Assembly (NCBI GenBank): GCA_913042035.1
Contig: CAJWIN010000001.1
Coordinates: 9,357 to 73,356, forward strand
DNA: 64,000 nt
Direction of reading: 5' to 3'
Origin: an uncultured Gammaproteobacteria bacterium
GTDB taxonomy: Bacteria > Pseudomonadota > Gammaproteobacteria > Poriferisulfidales > GCA-002705445
The notes below the pieces were generated by a model that saw only the letters and a program-made list of their open reading frames with translations, made no database searches and had not been told where the DNA came from. The position numbers and the translations under genes are program-made. Positions 37,990 through 47,258 of the stretch are shown here, piece after piece (the first letter of the stretch is position 1; every line of letters starts with the position of its first letter).

Positions 37990-38437
37990 AATTAATTAAA
38001 AGAAGCATAATTCCTGCAAATAAACCGGCAACTATATCATCTAACATAACACCAAAACTATTTTTAATTTTTTTATCAATTAAATAAATCGGAAAAGGTT
38101 TTAAGATATCAAAAAATCTAAAAAAAATAAAACCAACTGTAATGTTAAGTATAGTATTTTCAAAGAATATCATAAATGCTAAATATCCTAATATTTCGTC
38201 TATTACAATAGACTTATCATCAGTATCTAAGAAAATATTTTTTTTGTAACAATAATTCAACATCAACAAAGCGATAAAAAAGAGTATTATTAGAAAAAAA
38301 ATATTATCAACTAAAGTATTATTTGATATTAATTGAAAAACTAAAACACCAATTATAGTGCCAAAAGTTCCTGGCATATATTTTATTTTTCCAAAGTAAA
38401 GCCCAGTTACTAAAAATTCAATTATTGTATTTTTCAT
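37979..38437 (-). CDS. pgpA: Phosphatidylglycerophosphatase A.
   Basis: Small membrane protein with a PgpA-like GTFGT and DDIVAGLFAG motif. Conserved position after thiL. Confidence 0.75.
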   Translation of the reverse strand: MKNTIIEFLVTGLYFGKIKYMPGTFGTIIGVLVFQLISNNTLVDNIFFLIILFFIALLMLNYCYKKNIFLDTDDKSIVIDEILGYLAFMIFFENTILNITVGFIFFRFFDILKPFPIYLIDKKIKNSFGVMLDDIVAGLFAGIMLLLINYVV

Positions 38438-39360
38438 TTATTAAAATGCTCATATTTTTTGTTAATATTGATATCTAATAAATCTTTATTATATGTAAAA
38501 TTTATACCATTGCTCTCTTTTAAAAGAGTTCCAATTTCCAAAATTTCTATATTTATACTTTTGCACAACTTCTTTAGTGCAGTAGTTTTTTCTTTGCTTA
38601 CTGTGAAAAAAAGCTCATAATCATCACCATAGCTAAGTAGTTGTTGCCAAGAAAAAATACCTTCTACAATTTTTTTTTGTAATTCTTCTGTAATTTTTAT
38701 TTTGTCGACTGAAATATCAGCTCCTAGATTACTTTTTTTTGTGATCCTTTTTAAAGAATCTAGCAGTCCATCAGACATATCTGTACAGCTATTTGCGTAT
38801 TCAGCTAATATATTACCTAGATTATTCCTACTTTCTGGCATGTGATATTTATTTTTCTTTCTTGCAAGAAGACTATCTCCGACTGCCCCCGAAATAAATA
38901 CTGTATCTCCATTTTTTGCGTTGCTAGTTAACATGAAGTTGTTATTTGTTGAATATCCTATTAGAGTCATCGTGATGCTAGTTGGGCCATATGTTGTATC
39001 ACCCCCTACTACCGCTACTGGGAATGTGCTAAAAATTTTGTTATAACCCTTTACAATATCTTCTATATAAGCCTTTTCTGGTCTCTCAATTGTAAGATTA
39101 ATTAGAGCAAATGCTGGTATTGCACCCATTGCAGATAAATCGCTTATATTTGAGGCTGCAGATATATAGCCAAGCTCATATGGGCTTATATCGTCCTTAA
39201 AATGAGTGTTTTGTACCATCGTATCTGTTGTTACTACGAGATTTGAATCTTGTTTTGGAAATAAAGTACAGGCATCTTCGCCAATTGGGGTCAAAACCTC
39301 TTCTCTAAAAATATAATTTTTAGATACAATATCGATAATATCTTTTTCTGTTATTTTCAT
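38434..39360 (-). CDS. thiL: Thiamine-monophosphate kinase.
   Basis: The EDACTLF...TTDTMVQNTHF motif (ThiL/AIR-synthase-related fold). Lies in the nusB-thiL-pgpA order. Confidence 0.85.
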   Translation of the reverse strand: MKITEKDIIDIVSKNYIFREEVLTPIGEDACTLFPKQDSNLVVTTDTMVQNTHFKDDISPYELGYISAASNISDLSAMGAIPAFALINLTIERPEKAYIEDIVKGYNKIFSTFPVAVVGGDTTYGPTSITMTLIGYSTNNNFMLTSNAKNGDTVFISGAVGDSLLARKKNKYHMPESRNNLGNILAEYANSCTDMSDGLLDSLKRITKKSNLGADISVDKIKITEELQKKIVEGIFSWQQLLSYGDDYELFFTVSKEKTTALKKLCKSINIEILEIGTLLKESNGINFTYNKDLLDININKKYEHFNK

Positions 39361-39788
39361 TAAGTTAATTTTTTAATGTGCTTTTCTAGGAACGCATTAA
39401 CAAATTTATAGCTATCTTGCCCGCCAAACTTACTAGCAAGTTTAACTGACTCTGCCAAAAGTACCTCATTAGGAAATTTACTATTAAAACTAAGCTCATA
39501 TATAAAACATCTTAATATACTGAGCTCGACATAATTTATATTTTTGATATCTATTTCTGAAGAAGCAGAAATATATTTATTTATTTCAGAAATATTATCA
39601 ATTACGCCTTGTATAATATTTTTAAAATAATCAATATCAGATTTTTTAAAATTTTCATCTTCTTTGAAGATTGAATAAAGCTCATCAGTATTACAATTAT
39701 TAATAGACCATGAATAAATGGCTTGAAATGCTAATCTGCGTGACCAAATATTACGATTATTACTTCGCATGGCATTATTAATTTTCAT
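39360..39788 (-). CDS. nusB: Transcription antitermination factor NusB.
   Basis: 142 aa. NusB-like (ARRLAFQAIYSW...). Follows ribH as in many bacteria. Confidence 0.9.
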   Translation of the reverse strand: MKINNAMRSNNRNIWSRRLAFQAIYSWSINNCNTDELYSIFKEDENFKKSDIDYFKNIIQGVIDNISEINKYISASSEIDIKNINYVELSILRCFIYELSFNSKFPNEVLLAESVKLASKFGGQDSYKFVNAFLEKHIKKLT

Positions 39789-39790
39789 TT

Positions 39791-40297
39791 TTAAAAAAAG
39801 TGTTTTTCTAGAGATAATAATGTTTCTATAGCAGCATTAGTTACGTTATACCCAATATTCAAATTTTCTTGGTTATCAAAATTAACTTCTGATCTTTTTA
39901 ATGCTTGTTCCATAGTATACGCTGTTATTACTCCAAACATTATTGGCACACCACAATTATTAATTGTTAATTGAGATAAAGTGTTAGCACAAGCATTTGA
40001 AATGTATTCAAAATGAGCTGTTTCTCCTTTGATTACACATCCAAGCGTAATTATACAATCAGGATTAACTAATATATTAGAATGTTCATCTTTAAAATTT
40101 TTATTTAAAACCTGCTGTGTCATATAAGGTAATTCAAAGGCTCCAGGAACTTCAATTTGTTCTATGGGATTAATTTGAATTTTCCTATCTTCAAAACATT
40201 TCTCAACACCTAAATATAAGTTACTTACAATATCTGAGTTAAATTGAGATCTTATTACTACAATATTTAATTTATTATTAAAATTATTATAACGCAT
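39791..40297 (-). CDS. ribH: 6,7-dimethyl-8-ribityllumazine synthase.
   Basis: Lumazine synthase family (IVVIRSQFN..., GAFELPY, GVPIMFGVIT). 168 aa. Confidence 0.92.
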   Translation of the reverse strand: MRYNNFNNKLNIVVIRSQFNSDIVSNLYLGVEKCFEDRKIQINPIEQIEVPGAFELPYMTQQVLNKNFKDEHSNILVNPDCIITLGCVIKGETAHFEYISNACANTLSQLTINNCGVPIMFGVITAYTMEQALKRSEVNFDNQENLNIGYNVTNAAIETLLSLEKHFF

Positions 40298-40302
40298 CGT
40301 TT

Positions 40303-41391
40303 CTAGTCCGTAATATATTCTTCAATTTCAAGGCCATAACCACCAAGGCCATAAAAAGTTTTAGGAGAGCTTAGTAACTTCATCTTTGTTACACCTAAAT
40401 CAGATAAAATCTGCCCTCCAACACCCAAAGTTCTTCTATCAAAATCTTGCGAAAGAACAACGTCAGGATCTTTTATTTTCTCGATATCCTTAATTATATC
40501 ATCAACAGTTTCATTCCATCTTAGTATAAGCACAACTCCATTTCCCTCCTTATTTATCCTTTGCATTGCATTTTTTAAAGGCCATCCAGAATGATGAGAT
40601 GAGTGCAAAATATCTTTGATAGTATTTTGTATGTGAACTCTTACAAAAGTTGATTTATTTTTTTGTATATTGCCTTTAATTAGTGCTATATGAGCAGTTT
40701 TAGATAAAATATCTTCGTAAGAAACTAAATTAAATTCGCCATATTCAGTATTTATAAGCGATTCATTTTCTCTAATTACAGTTTTTTCATGCTTAGTTCT
40801 GTATTTTATTAAATCTTCAATTGTTCCGATTTTGATTTCGTGATCTCTCGCAATTTTTTCTAACTCTGGCAATCTTGCCATCGAGCCATCATCACTCATT
40901 ATTTCAACAATAACTGCTGCAGGCTCAAAACCGGCAAGTCTAGTAAGATCGCATCCGGCTTCTGTGTGCCCAGCTCTTGTTAGGACGCCCCCAGGTTGTG
41001 CCATAAGTGGAAATATATGACCTGGCCTAGAAATATGATTAGAAGTCGCGTCTGGCATTACAGCAGTTCGAATAGTATGTGCTCTGTCATATGCAGATAT
41101 TCCTGTTGTTACTCCTTCAGAAGCCTCGATAGAAATCGTGAAATTAGTTTCGTGCTTTGAGTCAGTGTCAGTCTTCATTAATGGTAAGTTTAATTGCTTG
41201 CATCTTTCTCTTGTTAGGGTTAAACAAATTAAGCCTCTAGCATATTTACTCATAAAATTAATATCATCAGGCGTAACTTTTGAGGCAGCCATAATGAAGT
41301 CTCCTTCATTTTCTCTGCTTTCATCGTCAACAATTAAAACCATTTTTCCTTTTTTTAGGTCTTCAAGTATATCTTCAGTTTTTGATAACAT
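40303..41391 (-). CDS. ribB: 3,4-dihydroxy-2-butanone 4-phosphate synthase fused to a degenerate GTP-cyclohydrolase-II-like C-terminal domain (RibBX-type).
   Basis: N-terminal DHBP synthase motifs (VDDESRENEGDF, TVSIE). The C-terminal domain aligns to RibA, but the zinc-binding Cys triad (HSECLTGD...RCDCG) reads HIQNTIKD...HHSGW here, so no cysteines remain. Confidence 0.88.
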   Translation of the reverse strand: MLSKTEDILEDLKKGKMVLIVDDESRENEGDFIMAASKVTPDDINFMSKYARGLICLTLTRERCKQLNLPLMKTDTDSKHETNFTISIEASEGVTTGISAYDRAHTIRTAVMPDATSNHISRPGHIFPLMAQPGGVLTRAGHTEAGCDLTRLAGFEPAAVIVEIMSDDGSMARLPELEKIARDHEIKIGTIEDLIKYRTKHEKTVIRENESLINTEYGEFNLVSYEDILSKTAHIALIKGNIQKNKSTFVRVHIQNTIKDILHSSHHSGWPLKNAMQRINKEGNGVVLILRWNETVDDIIKDIEKIKDPDVVLSQDFDRRTLGVGGQILSDLGVTKMKLLSSPKTFYGLGGYGLEIEEYITD

Positions 41392-41400
41392 TAAATTTTC

Positions 41401-42006
41401 TCAATCTTTATTATTTATTAGTTTTTCAATATGTAGGGCCATTCTATCAATTTCAATATTAACCATATTTCCTTCTTCATAATATTGCATAATTGTATTA
41501 TCCCATGTAAATGGAATAATATTTACAAAAAATTTATTCTCTACGTCTTTGTTAACAGTAAGGCTTATGCCATCAACACATATTGAACCTTTTTTTACGA
41601 TATACTTTGAATAATCTGAGTTACTTAGAATAAAACCAATTCTATATGATCTTGCGTCTTTGTATATCTCAAAAATTTGAGCAATGCAATCAACATGGCC
41701 GCTAACGATGTGCCCGCCAAGTTTGTCACTGAGGCATAAAGCACTTTCAATATTTACTTTATAACCTGTGCTTATCTGTGTCAAAGTTGTTACATCCAAA
41801 GTTTCATTTGATATATCTACGGAGAAACAATTTTTGTTTGTATCTACATTATATGCAGTCAAACAAACACCATTAATTGCCAAACTGTCGCCATCAGATA
41901 TAGAGGATATATAATCGTGGTCCAACTCTAGCACAACCTGAAGATCTCCATGATGACTATTTATAGATTCTACCTTAGCAATTCTTTGTATTAATCCTGT
42001 AAACAT
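41401..42006 (-). CDS. ribE: Riboflavin synthase (alpha subunit).
   Basis: MFTGLIQ start and a duplicated lumazine-binding repeat. 201 aa. Confidence 0.9.
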   Translation of the reverse strand: MFTGLIQRIAKVESINSHHGDLQVVLELDHDYISSISDGDSLAINGVCLTAYNVDTNKNCFSVDISNETLDVTTLTQISTGYKVNIESALCLSDKLGGHIVSGHVDCIAQIFEIYKDARSYRIGFILSNSDYSKYIVKKGSICVDGISLTVNKDVENKFFVNIIPFTWDNTIMQYYEEGNMVNIEIDRMALHIEKLINNKD

Positions 42007-43100
42007 TATTTTCTCAAAATTTTATATATTATTCTAACATCATTAGATAATTTCATAAGAGATTGCACAAAAATATTTGTATTCTTTGGTATTTGATCAA
42101 AGTTGCCAAAAGATTGTAATCCAGATTTACCAATGATATCTGGACTTTTATATAAAATTAATTCGTCAACTAGGTTTTTTGATAAAAGCGTATTCAGAAG
42201 TCTTGCTCCAGGCTCAATAAATAAATTATTAATTTCATATCTTGAAGCTAAAATCTTTAATATCTCTTTAAGGTTAAGGCCGCTTTTATCTGTTTTGACT
42301 TTTACAAAATCAATATTTTTCTCTTTGTGAAAGAAATTTTTCGTAGAATTAAATACAATTTTTTTATCAGAGCCACAAAAAAATTTATATTTATCTGGTC
42401 TTAAACTTAAATTTGAATCTAATACTACTCTTATCGGCTGGTTAATTAAGATTTTCGAATCTAAATCTTTTTTTGTTAATTTTGCTTTTAAAGATGGATT
42501 GTCAGATTTTATTGTTTTTGAGCTAACTAAAATAGCGCATGATTTTGCTCTGTAATACTGAACATCTTTTCTTGAATCTTTACTACTGATCCATTTACTT
42601 TTTGGACTTGTGATTTTTAAATCCATACTTATTGCTTGCTTTGCTATCACAAAAGGTATTTTTCTTATTATTCTGCTAAAAAAACCCCTGTTAATATCCT
42701 CAGATAAACTTCTGCATAAGCCGATATTTACATTTATGCCATGTGATCTTAGTTCCCTAACTCCTTTTCCTTTAACTTTTGGATTTGGATCTAAAACTGA
42801 TATAAAAATATTTTTTATACCAGATTCTATGATGGCTTTTGTGCATGGTCCTGTTTTACCAAAATGACAACATGGTTCTAGGGTTACATACATGTTCATT
42901 TTACTATTAATTTTTTTATTTAATTTTTTAAGTGCGATAACCTCAGCGTGATCTGATCCTGATCTAAGATGAAACGATTCACTAAGTATTTTATTTCCTT
43001 CGCTTATAACACAGCCTACAGATGGATTTGGCGAAGTTGTATATATGCCTTTTTTTGCTAACTCAATAGCACGCTCCATAAAGTGTATTTCTGATTTCAT
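42006..43100 (-). CDS. ribD: Bifunctional diaminohydroxyphosphoribosylaminopyrimidine deaminase / 5-amino-6-(5-phosphoribosylamino)uracil reductase.
   Basis: CMP/dCMP-type deaminase zinc motif (HAEVIAL...PCCHFGKTGPC) and a C-terminal RibD reductase domain. 364 aa. Confidence 0.93.
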   Translation of the reverse strand: MKSEIHFMERAIELAKKGIYTTSPNPSVGCVISEGNKILSESFHLRSGSDHAEVIALKKLNKKINSKMNMYVTLEPCCHFGKTGPCTKAIIESGIKNIFISVLDPNPKVKGKGVRELRSHGINVNIGLCRSLSEDINRGFFSRIIRKIPFVIAKQAISMDLKITSPKSKWISSKDSRKDVQYYRAKSCAILVSSKTIKSDNPSLKAKLTKKDLDSKILINQPIRVVLDSNLSLRPDKYKFFCGSDKKIVFNSTKNFFHKEKNIDFVKVKTDKSGLNLKEILKILASRYEINNLFIEPGARLLNTLLSKNLVDELILYKSPDIIGKSGLQSFGNFDQIPKNTNIFVQSLMKLSNDVRIIYKILRK

Positions 43101-43618
43101 TTTTTTTTGTTAACTGTATTTTCTTCATCAATTAATTTCAATTGCGTTTTTATCATTTCAGGAGTTAAGTCTTTTTCTATAATATTAATGATATCTTGAA
43201 ATGCCTGAAGATCTTCGAAACTATGATACACGGAAGCGAATCTTATATATGCAACTTGATCTAACTCTCTTAATTCTTGCATTACTAATATGCCAATTTG
43301 GGAAGAAATTATTTCTTTATCCGTTAAAGATTTTAATTTATTAATTATATTTTGAATGGCTGTATCTATAGAATCTTTGTCTACTGACCTTTTATTTAAA
43401 GCTCTCAGAATTCCAAGTTCAACTTTTTTTTCGGAAAAATCCTCCCTAGAATTATCTTTCTTAATAACTCTAGGAAGATTTAATTCAGCACTTTCTATCG
43501 TTGACCACCTACTTCCACAGTTAAGACATTCTCTTCTTCTTCTTACTTGAGAATCATTACCACTTAACCTTGAATCTACAACTTTAGTATCAGCAAAATT
43601 ACAAAACGGACAATGCAT
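43097..43618 (-). CDS. nrdR: Transcriptional repressor NrdR.
   Basis: Zinc ribbon MHCPFCNFADTKVVDSR...CLNCGSRW plus an ATP-cone. Conserved nrdR-ribD linkage. Confidence 0.95.
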   Translation of the reverse strand: MHCPFCNFADTKVVDSRLSGNDSQVRRRRECLNCGSRWSTIESAELNLPRVIKKDNSREDFSEKKVELGILRALNKRSVDKDSIDTAIQNIINKLKSLTDKEIISSQIGILVMQELRELDQVAYIRFASVYHSFEDLQAFQDIINIIEKDLTPEMIKTQLKLIDEENTVNKKK

Positions 43619-43630
43619 TAAAAATGTTAG

Positions 43631-44917
43631 TTATGCAGCCGAAGCAGCATTTAATGCAACTGATTTTGCGTAAACTGGATGCTTTCTACATAATTCAATT
43701 ACTTTTGATTTTACAGAATTAATGACATCTTCGTTATCAAGATTTTCTATAACATCGCACATCCAATTAGTAAGCTCTATACACTCAGCTTCTTTAAAAC
43801 CTCTTGTAGTAGGAGCTGGGGTTCCAACTCTAATTCCACTCGTTACAAAAGGAGATTGCGGATCATTAGGAACAGAATTTTTGTTAACTGTGATATTTGC
43901 TCTTCCTAGAGCAGCATCAACATCTTTTCCTGTTATACCTTTCTCAATAAAATCTACTAGAAATAAGTGATCGTCTGTTCCACCAGAAACAACTTTGAAA
44001 CCTCTTTTTATAAACTGATCCGCCATTGCAGAAGCATTTTTTAAAATTTGTTGCTGGTATTCTTTAAACTCAGGTTGTAGCGCCTCTTTAAATGCTACAG
44101 CTTTTGCTGCAATTACATGCATTAAAGGACCACCTTGGGTTCCGGGAAATACCATTGAATTTATCTTTTTTTCAATCTCAGGGTTTGATTTACAAATTAT
44201 TATTCCTCCACGAGGTCCTCTTAAACTTTTATGTGTAGTAGAGGTTACAATGTCAGCATAAGGTACCGGACTTGGATAAACACCTCCTGCAACTAGGCCA
44301 GAAACATGAGCCATGTCTACAAAAAAGTAAGCTCCAATAGAATCAGCAATATCTCTGAATCTTTTCCAATCCAAAACTCTAGAGTAAGCTGAAAAACCAG
44401 CAATTATCATTTTTGGTTTATGTTCCTTCGCTAAAGCCTCAACTTGGTCGTAATCTATTTCGCCAGTTTCAGGGTTTAATCCATATTGCACCGCATTATA
44501 AATTTTTCCTGAAAAATTTACTTTAGATCCGTGGGTCAAGTGGCCTCCATGAGCCAAACTCATACCTAAAATTGTATCGTGTGGCTGAAGAAGAGCCATA
44601 AAAACAGCAGCATTGGCTTGAGAACCAGAGTGCGGTTGAACATTCGCATAGTCAGCGCCATAAAGTTCTTTTAAGCGATCTATTGCAAGTTGTTCAGCGA
44701 CATCTACATATTCGCAACCACCATAATATCTTTTACCAGGATAACCCTCAGCATACTTATTAGTAAGTACTGAGCCTTGGGCTTCAATAACTCTTGGGCT
44801 AGCATAGTTTTCAGACGCAATAAGTTCTATGTGTTCTTCTTGTCTTTTAATCTCATTTTCTATTGCTTTTGATAGTTCTGGATCAAAGCTTTGTATTGTC
44901 ATATCTTCGTTAAACAT
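43631..44917 (-). CDS. glyA: Serine hydroxymethyltransferase.
   Basis: PLP site [13 protein letters not shown]. 428 aa, highly conserved. Confidence 0.97.
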   Translation of the reverse strand: MFNEDMTIQSFDPELSKAIENEIKRQEEHIELIASENYASPRVIEAQGSVLTNKYAEGYPGKRYYGGCEYVDVAEQLAIDRLKELYGADYANVQPHSGSQANAAVFMALLQPHDTILGMSLAHGGHLTHGSKVNFSGKIYNAVQYGLNPETGEIDYDQVEALAKEHKPKMIIAGFSAYSRVLDWKRFRDIADSIGAYFFVDMAHVSGLVAGGVYPSPVPYADIVTSTTHKSLRGPRGGIIICKSNPEIEKKINSMVFPGTQGGPLMHVIAAKAVAFKEALQPEFKEYQQQILKNASAMADQFIKRGFKVVSGGTDDHLFLVDFIEKGITGKDVDAALGRANITVNKNSVPNDPQSPFVTSGIRVGTPAPTTRGFKEAECIELTNWMCDVIENLDNEDVINSVKSKVIELCRKHPVYAKSVALNAASAA

Positions 44918-44957
44918 CTTTATCTCCTTACTCCATGTAATGTAATTTAATGACCTT

Positions 44958-45335
44958 CTAACTGTTATTTTCCGCTAGAGTCTTAAGTATGTCAACAATC
45001 ACGGGGCTTGAACCAAAATATGGCAAAGAAGTAATTGAAATATCTGGATACTTAGTTTTCTCTTCTTCCACAATATTAGGTATATCCTCAATAACATGCC
45101 TTCCAGCAGCAAGAAAATAAGGTAGTATAAGAACTTCTGAGGCGCCTTGCCTCACGCATGACTCTATCCCTTGCGGAATTGAAGGCTCAGCTATTTCTAA
45201 AAAACAAGCTTCAACTATAGAGAACGTTTGAAGTTTCATTGATATATTATTTGCTAATTGATGAATCTCAATATTAGAAATCTTTTTGCGGCTACCATGA
45301 GCGACTACAAGTAGAGATTTTTTGTTAATATTCAA
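44958..45335 (-). CDS. Small CbiX/SirB-type class II chelatase domain protein (CbiX-S-like).
   Basis: [11 protein letters not shown] (the catalytic-His motif of CbiX/SirB) and [10 protein letters not shown]. Only 125 aa, a single half-domain. Confidence 0.55.
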   Translation of the reverse strand: MNINKKSLLVVAHGSRKKISNIEIHQLANNISMKLQTFSIVEACFLEIAEPSIPQGIESCVRQGASEVLILPYFLAAGRHVIEDIPNIVEEEKTKYPDISITSLPYFGSSPVIVDILKTLAENNS

Positions 45336-45337
45336 TA

Positions 45338-46036
45338 CTATACCTTTCTTATTTCATTTAAATTATCACTAGAATCAACACTTATACCAGGATCACTAAC
45401 AGCGTAATAAGCTGATATATTATATCCATTATCAACAAATCTAAACTGTTCAAGACTTAAATCTTTTTCGTTTTCTGACCGAGGAAGCAACTTATAGCTA
45501 ATTAAATCTTTAACATAGTAACCATATATTCCAATATGTTTGTAAATTTTATCGCTAATATTGTCTTCTACTGTCCTGCAAAAGTTAATATTTTCTTCAT
45601 TTATGCAAATTTTTACAGTATTTTTACTCATCTTCAATTTGGGGTTTTCAAGGTCATAATAAAGTGTTGATAAACCGTCATTATTTATAGATTTTTCTGC
45701 AAGCAAATTAATATTATCATGCTGAAGTTCTGGCATATCTGCTTGTAAGTTAATTACTAAAGTATCAGCTTTCCATTTGAGAATATTCGCAAGCTCTGCA
45801 ACTCTTTCGGTGCCATTTACATTTTCATTAGATGTCATAAACACATTTTTGGTATATTTTTTTGCACTTTTAAAGACTTTATCACTATCTGTAGCAATAA
45901 AGACTTCAGTGGCACTTGATTCTTTGGCATTATTGAAAACACGTTCAAGCATTGTTATGTTATTTATATTTGCTAATACTTTTCCTGGAAATCTAGTGGA
46001 GTCATATCTTGCAGGAATAACTACATAAAATTTCAT
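45338..46036 (-). CDS. kdsB: 3-deoxy-manno-octulosonate cytidylyltransferase.
   Basis: VVIPARYDSTRFPGK at the N-terminus. 232 aa. Confidence 0.92.
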   Translation of the reverse strand: MKFYVVIPARYDSTRFPGKVLANINNITMLERVFNNAKESSATEVFIATDSDKVFKSAKKYTKNVFMTSNENVNGTERVAELANILKWKADTLVINLQADMPELQHDNINLLAEKSINNDGLSTLYYDLENPKLKMSKNTVKICINEENINFCRTVEDNISDKIYKHIGIYGYYVKDLISYKLLPRSENEKDLSLEQFRFVDNGYNISAYYAVSDPGISVDSSDNLNEIRKV

Positions 46037-46047
46037 ATAATAATCTC

Positions 46048-46257
46048 TTATTTCTTATAAAATATTTTTTTATACTTTTCATATTCATCGCTATTTATTT
46101 GCCTGGCTTCTGACTCAAGCATAACTGGAATATCATCTTCAATCTTAAAAGCCAACCTAGCTGGCAAAGAAACCAATTCATTTGTATCTTTATTATAATA
46201 AAGTTTACTTTTAGTAACTGGGCATACAAGCATATTTAGAAGATTTTTGTTCATCAA
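46048..46257 (-). CDS. Trm112-family small protein (YcaR-like).
   Basis: LLNMLVCPVTKSKL zinc-finger-like Trm112 motif. 69 aa. Conserved lpxK-ycaR-kdsB position. Confidence 0.7.
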   Translation of the reverse strand: MMNKNLLNMLVCPVTKSKLYYNKDTNELVSLPARLAFKIEDDIPVMLESEARQINSDEYEKYKKIFYKK

Positions 46258-46259
46258 TT

Positions 46260-47258
46260 TTAAATCCTTAATAAATCAGATATTTTATCATTCAACATGA
46301 TTTTAATATCATTATCAACAATAATTTTTGTTGGTATATAGTATGTATTTTTTAATTCAAAATTTCCACATTTTACAAAATCTTTTTCAGTCATAATTAC
46401 TATGTGTTCATCGTTAAAATAAAAATCATCTGAGCTTAAGAGCTGATGGTCAGGATATATATGAGGTAAAACATCAATATTAAAACTCTTAAGATTATGA
46501 ATAAGAAAATCTGGATTTGCAATGGCGGTAACAAGATGGACGCTCGTTCCACTTAATTCGGAAATATCAATTTTTTTGTTCTTATTAAAAGCTATTAATT
46601 GAGATATTTGATAAGAAAACCCAGGTAAACCAGAATTCGGTCTTTTATTAAAAATAATATTTTCATATTTCTTTATGTTATATGGAAGCTCTCTTAAAGG
46701 CCCTGAAGGTATAGGCAAACCGTTACCAAAAGGTTTGCTTTCTTTTACAATAACAATATTAATATCTCTCTTTAAACTATAATGAATAAGACCATCATCA
46801 GAAATTATAATATCAAGATTAAAATTTTTAACTAAATATTCATATGCTTTTCTTCTATTTTTAGACTTACATACAGTCGCATTGGTTTTACTAGCTATTA
46901 GGATAGCTTCATCACCTACATTTTGAGCTACTGAACTTTCATTAACTATTTCAATCTTTCTTGGCTCTAAAGTTTTGTATCCACCGGAAATAACGCCAAT
47001 ATTATATTTTCTTGAATGCAGATAATTACATAGCCATATAACTAAAGAAGTTTTTCCTGTTCCGCCTACGGTTAAATTACCAACCACAATTACAGGGACC
47101 GTGTTTCTTTTTTTATTTGTAAATAAATATTTTCTTAAAAAATTGATCCCAAGATAAAGCAGTGATAAAGGAATCAAAAGAATATTTAATATATATATAT
47201 TATCAAATGAATATATATAAAATTTCTTTAAAAAAGGTAATTTTGATTTATTAGACAC
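46260..47258 (-). CDS. lpxK: Tetraacyldisaccharide 4'-kinase.
   Basis: N-terminal TM and P-loop VGNLTVGGTGKT. 332 aa. Confidence 0.88.
   Translation of the reverse strand: MSNKSKLPFLKKFYIYSFDNIYILNILLIPLSLLYLGINFLRKYLFTNKKRNTVPVIVVGNLTVGGTGKTSLVIWLCNYLHSRKYNIGVISGGYKTLEPRKIEIVNESSVAQNVGDEAILIASKTNATVCKSKNRRKAYEYLVKNFNLDIIISDDGLIHYSLKRDINIVIVKESKPFGNGLPIPSGPLRELPYNIKKYENIIFNKRPNSGLPGFSYQISQLIAFNKNKKIDISELSGTSVHLVTAIANPDFLIHNLKSFNIDVLPHIYPDHQLLSSDDFYFNDEHIVIMTEKDFVKCGNFELKNTYYIPTKIIVDNDIKIMLNDKISDLLRI

Noticed and set aside
40303-44917. Looked for an FMN (RFN) riboswitch or other leader RNA in the rib operon, and for a glycine or SAM element near glyA.
   Set aside because: Every junction from glyA through ribH is 0-12 bp, or 40 bp before glyA. 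There is no room for a riboswitch-sized leader (about 120 nt or more), and none of the conserved RFN core strings was seen.
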